Source of the DNA: Escherichia phage p000y | Sequence record: MK047718.1 | Reading direction: 5' to 3' (one strand) | Length of the DNA stretch: 64,000 bases | Part shown: positions 61,504 through 64,000 of the stretch, piece by piece | Position numbering within the stretch: position 1 is the first letter of the stretch | Layout: each line of letters opens with the position of its first letter | Notes under the pieces: generated by a model | The model's input: only the letters and a program-made list of their open reading frames with translations | What the model was told of the DNA's origin: nothing | Databases searched by the model: none | Translations under genes and position numbers: made by a program

Positions 61504-63074
61504 TAAAAATCCTCTTGTTCTTGGTCGGGGTCTTGGAAACGAGCCTCTTTCGACTCTTCTTCAATTTGCTTAGCCTCTTGTTCAATTTCCTCGTCAGACA
61601 TCTGAAGAATATCTTTCATAGCTGTTCTGTGAGAAATATATTTACCAATAAATGGTTCGGCCATCTGAAGCATATTAATGCGACGCTCCAGAATCTCAGC
61701 ATCCTTTAATTCCGAGAAATAACTATCCCGATGAAATTTTATCTTAATATTATTTATTTCATCATTCCACTCATCTTCTGTAATAATTCCTTTAAGAATT
61801 AAATTAGTTTTAAGCGGGTCTAGGAATATCTCTTCAAATTTATGTTGCAGCTCACGAATAAATTTACCAAATGACAATTCATCTCGTGTAATAGAAGTAC
61901 CAGCATCAAACTGTATACCACCTTGGTCACTTGGAATACGGGTAATAGGAATACGTAAAGCCATATAAAGCGCATTACGGAACCAACGTACATCTTCCAT
62001 GTTTCCAGTATTATCTGCACCTGGTAATGTGTCAACTTCTGTTACTGCTTTACCGTCACGTCGTTGTAACCAATAATCTTCGGTCATCGACATAATATGC
62101 TGCTGGTTTTTAATCTTGCCTGTAGTAGCATCATATGCAATACGGTTTTTCATCGTATTCATAACATGCTGCATATGTTCTGCTGCTTTTCTTGAAGGCA
62201 TATTACCTGTATCAACGTACCATACACGACGATCTGGAGCACGAGTAATACGATAAATTACAACGGCATCTTCAAGAAGTTTTAATTGGTTCGCTGGCTT
62301 AATAGCCCGATGCAAATAACCGATGATATTTTTACCACAACAATCAACTAAACCAGAATGGGCATAAACAATCGCGGCTTTAGGGATTTTTATTTTTGTG
62401 CCAGCTTCATATATGCGGCCATCACAAGCATAAGATTCGTGTGATGTGTCATAAATGAAATATTCTTTATAACCCTTGACTATTTTAACACCGGCTTCAG
62501 TGGTTGTAATAACTTCACGGACATATTGAACTTGACGTGGGTCTAAACGACGAAGCTCTTTAATACCTTCTTTAGGGCGTTTAGGGTCAATAATTTTATG
62601 GAAGAAAATTCGAGAATCTACATACCAACGTCTAAAATGGTCTGAACCTTTACGTTGGAAAGATAAATGATTCAACACTTCGTTAAATTCATCCAACATC
62701 ATTGATTTTATATTTGGACTAAATTTTGTGTTGTCTAAATTTATAGAAACGACTTCTGTATCATCTTCATATACGATAGCATCAGAAACTATTTCAGAGA
62801 CTGCATTATCCACTTCATAGTTCGTCATCAAATTTCGATACGTATCAATTAATTCACGGGTTGATTTGAGCCCTGGTTCTTGACTACCGAACATTCTCTG
62901 AAACATAGCATTATATGTTTGCTGTGCTTCATTTTCAGATACTTCGTATTCTTTAGCGCCGTCGTCTAATTTTGGTGTGGTGATAGATTCTAAATTTTCT
63001 TTTTCTTGGTCTTTGTAATCACGTTCGTCCATTTTTGCCCATGGAGCAAACAAACTTAAGATATTAAATTTCAT
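61503..63074 (-). CDS. 20: gp20 portal vertex protein
   Basis: 523 aa; size and position. Confidence 0.9.
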   Translation of the reverse strand: MKFNILSLFAPWAKMDERDYKDQEKENLESITTPKLDDGAKEYEVSENEAQQTYNAMFQRMFGSQEPGLKSTRELIDTYRNLMTNYEVDNAVSEIVSDAIVYEDDTEVVSINLDNTKFSPNIKSMMLDEFNEVLNHLSFQRKGSDHFRRWYVDSRIFFHKIIDPKRPKEGIKELRRLDPRQVQYVREVITTTEAGVKIVKGYKEYFIYDTSHESYACDGRIYEAGTKIKIPKAAIVYAHSGLVDCCGKNIIGYLHRAIKPANQLKLLEDAVVIYRITRAPDRRVWYVDTGNMPSRKAAEHMQHVMNTMKNRIAYDATTGKIKNQQHIMSMTEDYWLQRRDGKAVTEVDTLPGADNTGNMEDVRWFRNALYMALRIPITRIPSDQGGIQFDAGTSITRDELSFGKFIRELQHKFEEIFLDPLKTNLILKGIITEDEWNDEINNIKIKFHRDSYFSELKDAEILERRINMLQMAEPFIGKYISHRTAMKDILQMSDEEIEQEAKQIEEESKEARFQDPDQEQEDF

Positions 63075-63158
63075 TGTATTCTCCGAATGGGAATTATAGT
63101 TATATTTATATGGACTTCTCCGTCATCACGGGAAGCTGGGGATTTCTCCCCAACCAGA

Positions 63159-63650
63159 TTATTCCCACCAATCAAGAGCAAGAGTTACTTCGAACGTTTC
63201 AATCTCGTTATTCGAATCCCAATCAAGAGATACTTCACCGACGTTAGTAGGCCACAAGCCAACAATTTCAACTTCTTTAGTGACCGTTTTAGCATCACGA
63301 GCAAATTGACGAACGATAGCGGTCTTTTTATATTCAGCAGGTTTACCACCGGTAATTTCATTACCTTGTCCAGCCGCAATACCTTGCCAATCAACAAATT
63401 TCTGACGAATGCTATGAGCATCATCGTTCATTACTGTAATAGTCCAATCATCGAATGTACGATCACCGGCCACGTTAATTTTACGGTTCATATAAGAAAC
63501 AGGAACCTTTTCAACGATCGCAGCAGGAAGAGCCGTAGCACGACACTGGAAGCTAAAGTTTTGCCCAAGATAAGAGATTTCTACTTCGAACAGGTTAGGG
63601 CGAGCGAAATCACCTGATTCGAAGGCACGAGTTACGTCATCTACAAACAT
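63159..63650 (-). CDS. 19: gp19 tail tube protein
   Basis: 163 aa (T4 gp19 is 163 aa). Confidence 0.9.
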   Translation of the reverse strand: MFVDDVTRAFESGDFARPNLFEVEISYLGQNFSFQCRATALPAAIVEKVPVSYMNRKINVAGDRTFDDWTITVMNDDAHSIRQKFVDWQGIAAGQGNEITGGKPAEYKKTAIVRQFARDAKTVTKEVEIVGLWPTNVGEVSLDWDSNNEIETFEVTLALDWWE

Positions 63651-63763
63651 ATTAGCCTCTGTAGTAATATGGGCTTAGGATTAACCAGATGCCCATAGAA
63701 TTAATTTTTAAACGATATAGTTATATTTATATGGGCTACCGAAATAGCCCATCAGGCGTCTTA

Positions 63764-64000
63764 TTAACCACCTACAGCACCAATTAGTTCGTCGAAATCG
63801 GCACCCGTTGCTGTTGCTACAAAGTTCAACGTAATATAATTTATCGATCTCGCAGGTTGTAAGTAGAAAGTAGCTACAAATTCATTACGGTCGATAACTG
63901 CTGGGGTGTTATTGGTAGTATCACAAACAACTTTAAAGTTATATACACCACCAAGAGCTTTAATACCCTGTAGATATTGAGAAGTCTCTGTACGGAAAGA
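63764..64000 (-). CDS. 18: gp18 tail sheath protein (C-terminal fragment; gene continues beyond the window)
   Basis: Minus-strand frame open to window edge, ends ...FDELIGAVGG; followed by hairpin and TATAAATA late promoter for gene 19. Confidence 0.65.
   Translation of the reverse strand, partial: SFRTETSQYLQGIKALGGVYNFKVVCDTTNNTPAVIDRNEFVATFYLQPARSINYITLNFVATATGADFDELIGAVGG

Noticed and set aside
63087-63617. 176-aa ORF antisense to tail tube gene 19
   Set aside because: Fully overlapped by gp19 on the opposite strand; no independent signals.

Overview
This window is a contiguous stretch of a T4-like (Tevenvirinae, Straboviridae) lytic myovirus genome, syntenic with phage T4 from ndd/ac/52 through to the 3' end of gene 18, but in the reverse orientation to the standard T4 map. 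Gene calls rest on my reading of the supplied ORF translations against remembered T4 proteins, on conserved catalytic motifs, and on gene order; no database search was run. The window holds: topoisomerase subunit 52, motA, asiA, holin t; the long tail fibre module 34-35-36-37-38 (minus strand); a DNA metabolism block (rnh, dsbA, 33, 59, 32, frd, td, nrdA, nrdB, denA, rnlA, alc, pseT, cd, 31, rIII, ligase 30, alt); the baseplate hub genes 54-48-29-28-27-51 / 26-25; uvsY, uvsW, inh, hoc, rnlB; and the head genes 24, 23, 22, 21, 68, 67, 20, followed by tail tube 19 and a partial sheath gene 18. Regulatory signals are the three T4 classes: early promoters (GTTTAC ... TAtAAT, many with a stem-loop around the -10 box), late promoters (TATAAATA) and GC hairpin terminators with TTCG/CGAA loops. 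Content that departs from what I recall of T4: (1) an intact class-I DAHP synthase (AroG-like) between pseT and cd; (2) a NADAR/YbiA-like ORF next to a HAD-like hydrolase upstream of the ligase; (3) a roughly 290-nt ORF-free, structured region after rIII; (4) an 89-aa early-promoter cassette between genes 24 and 23; (5) intron-less td and nrdB. No tRNA, rRNA, CRISPR array or integrase was seen. The DAHP synthase is the strongest candidate for something new here, but its novelty cannot be confirmed without a database search.
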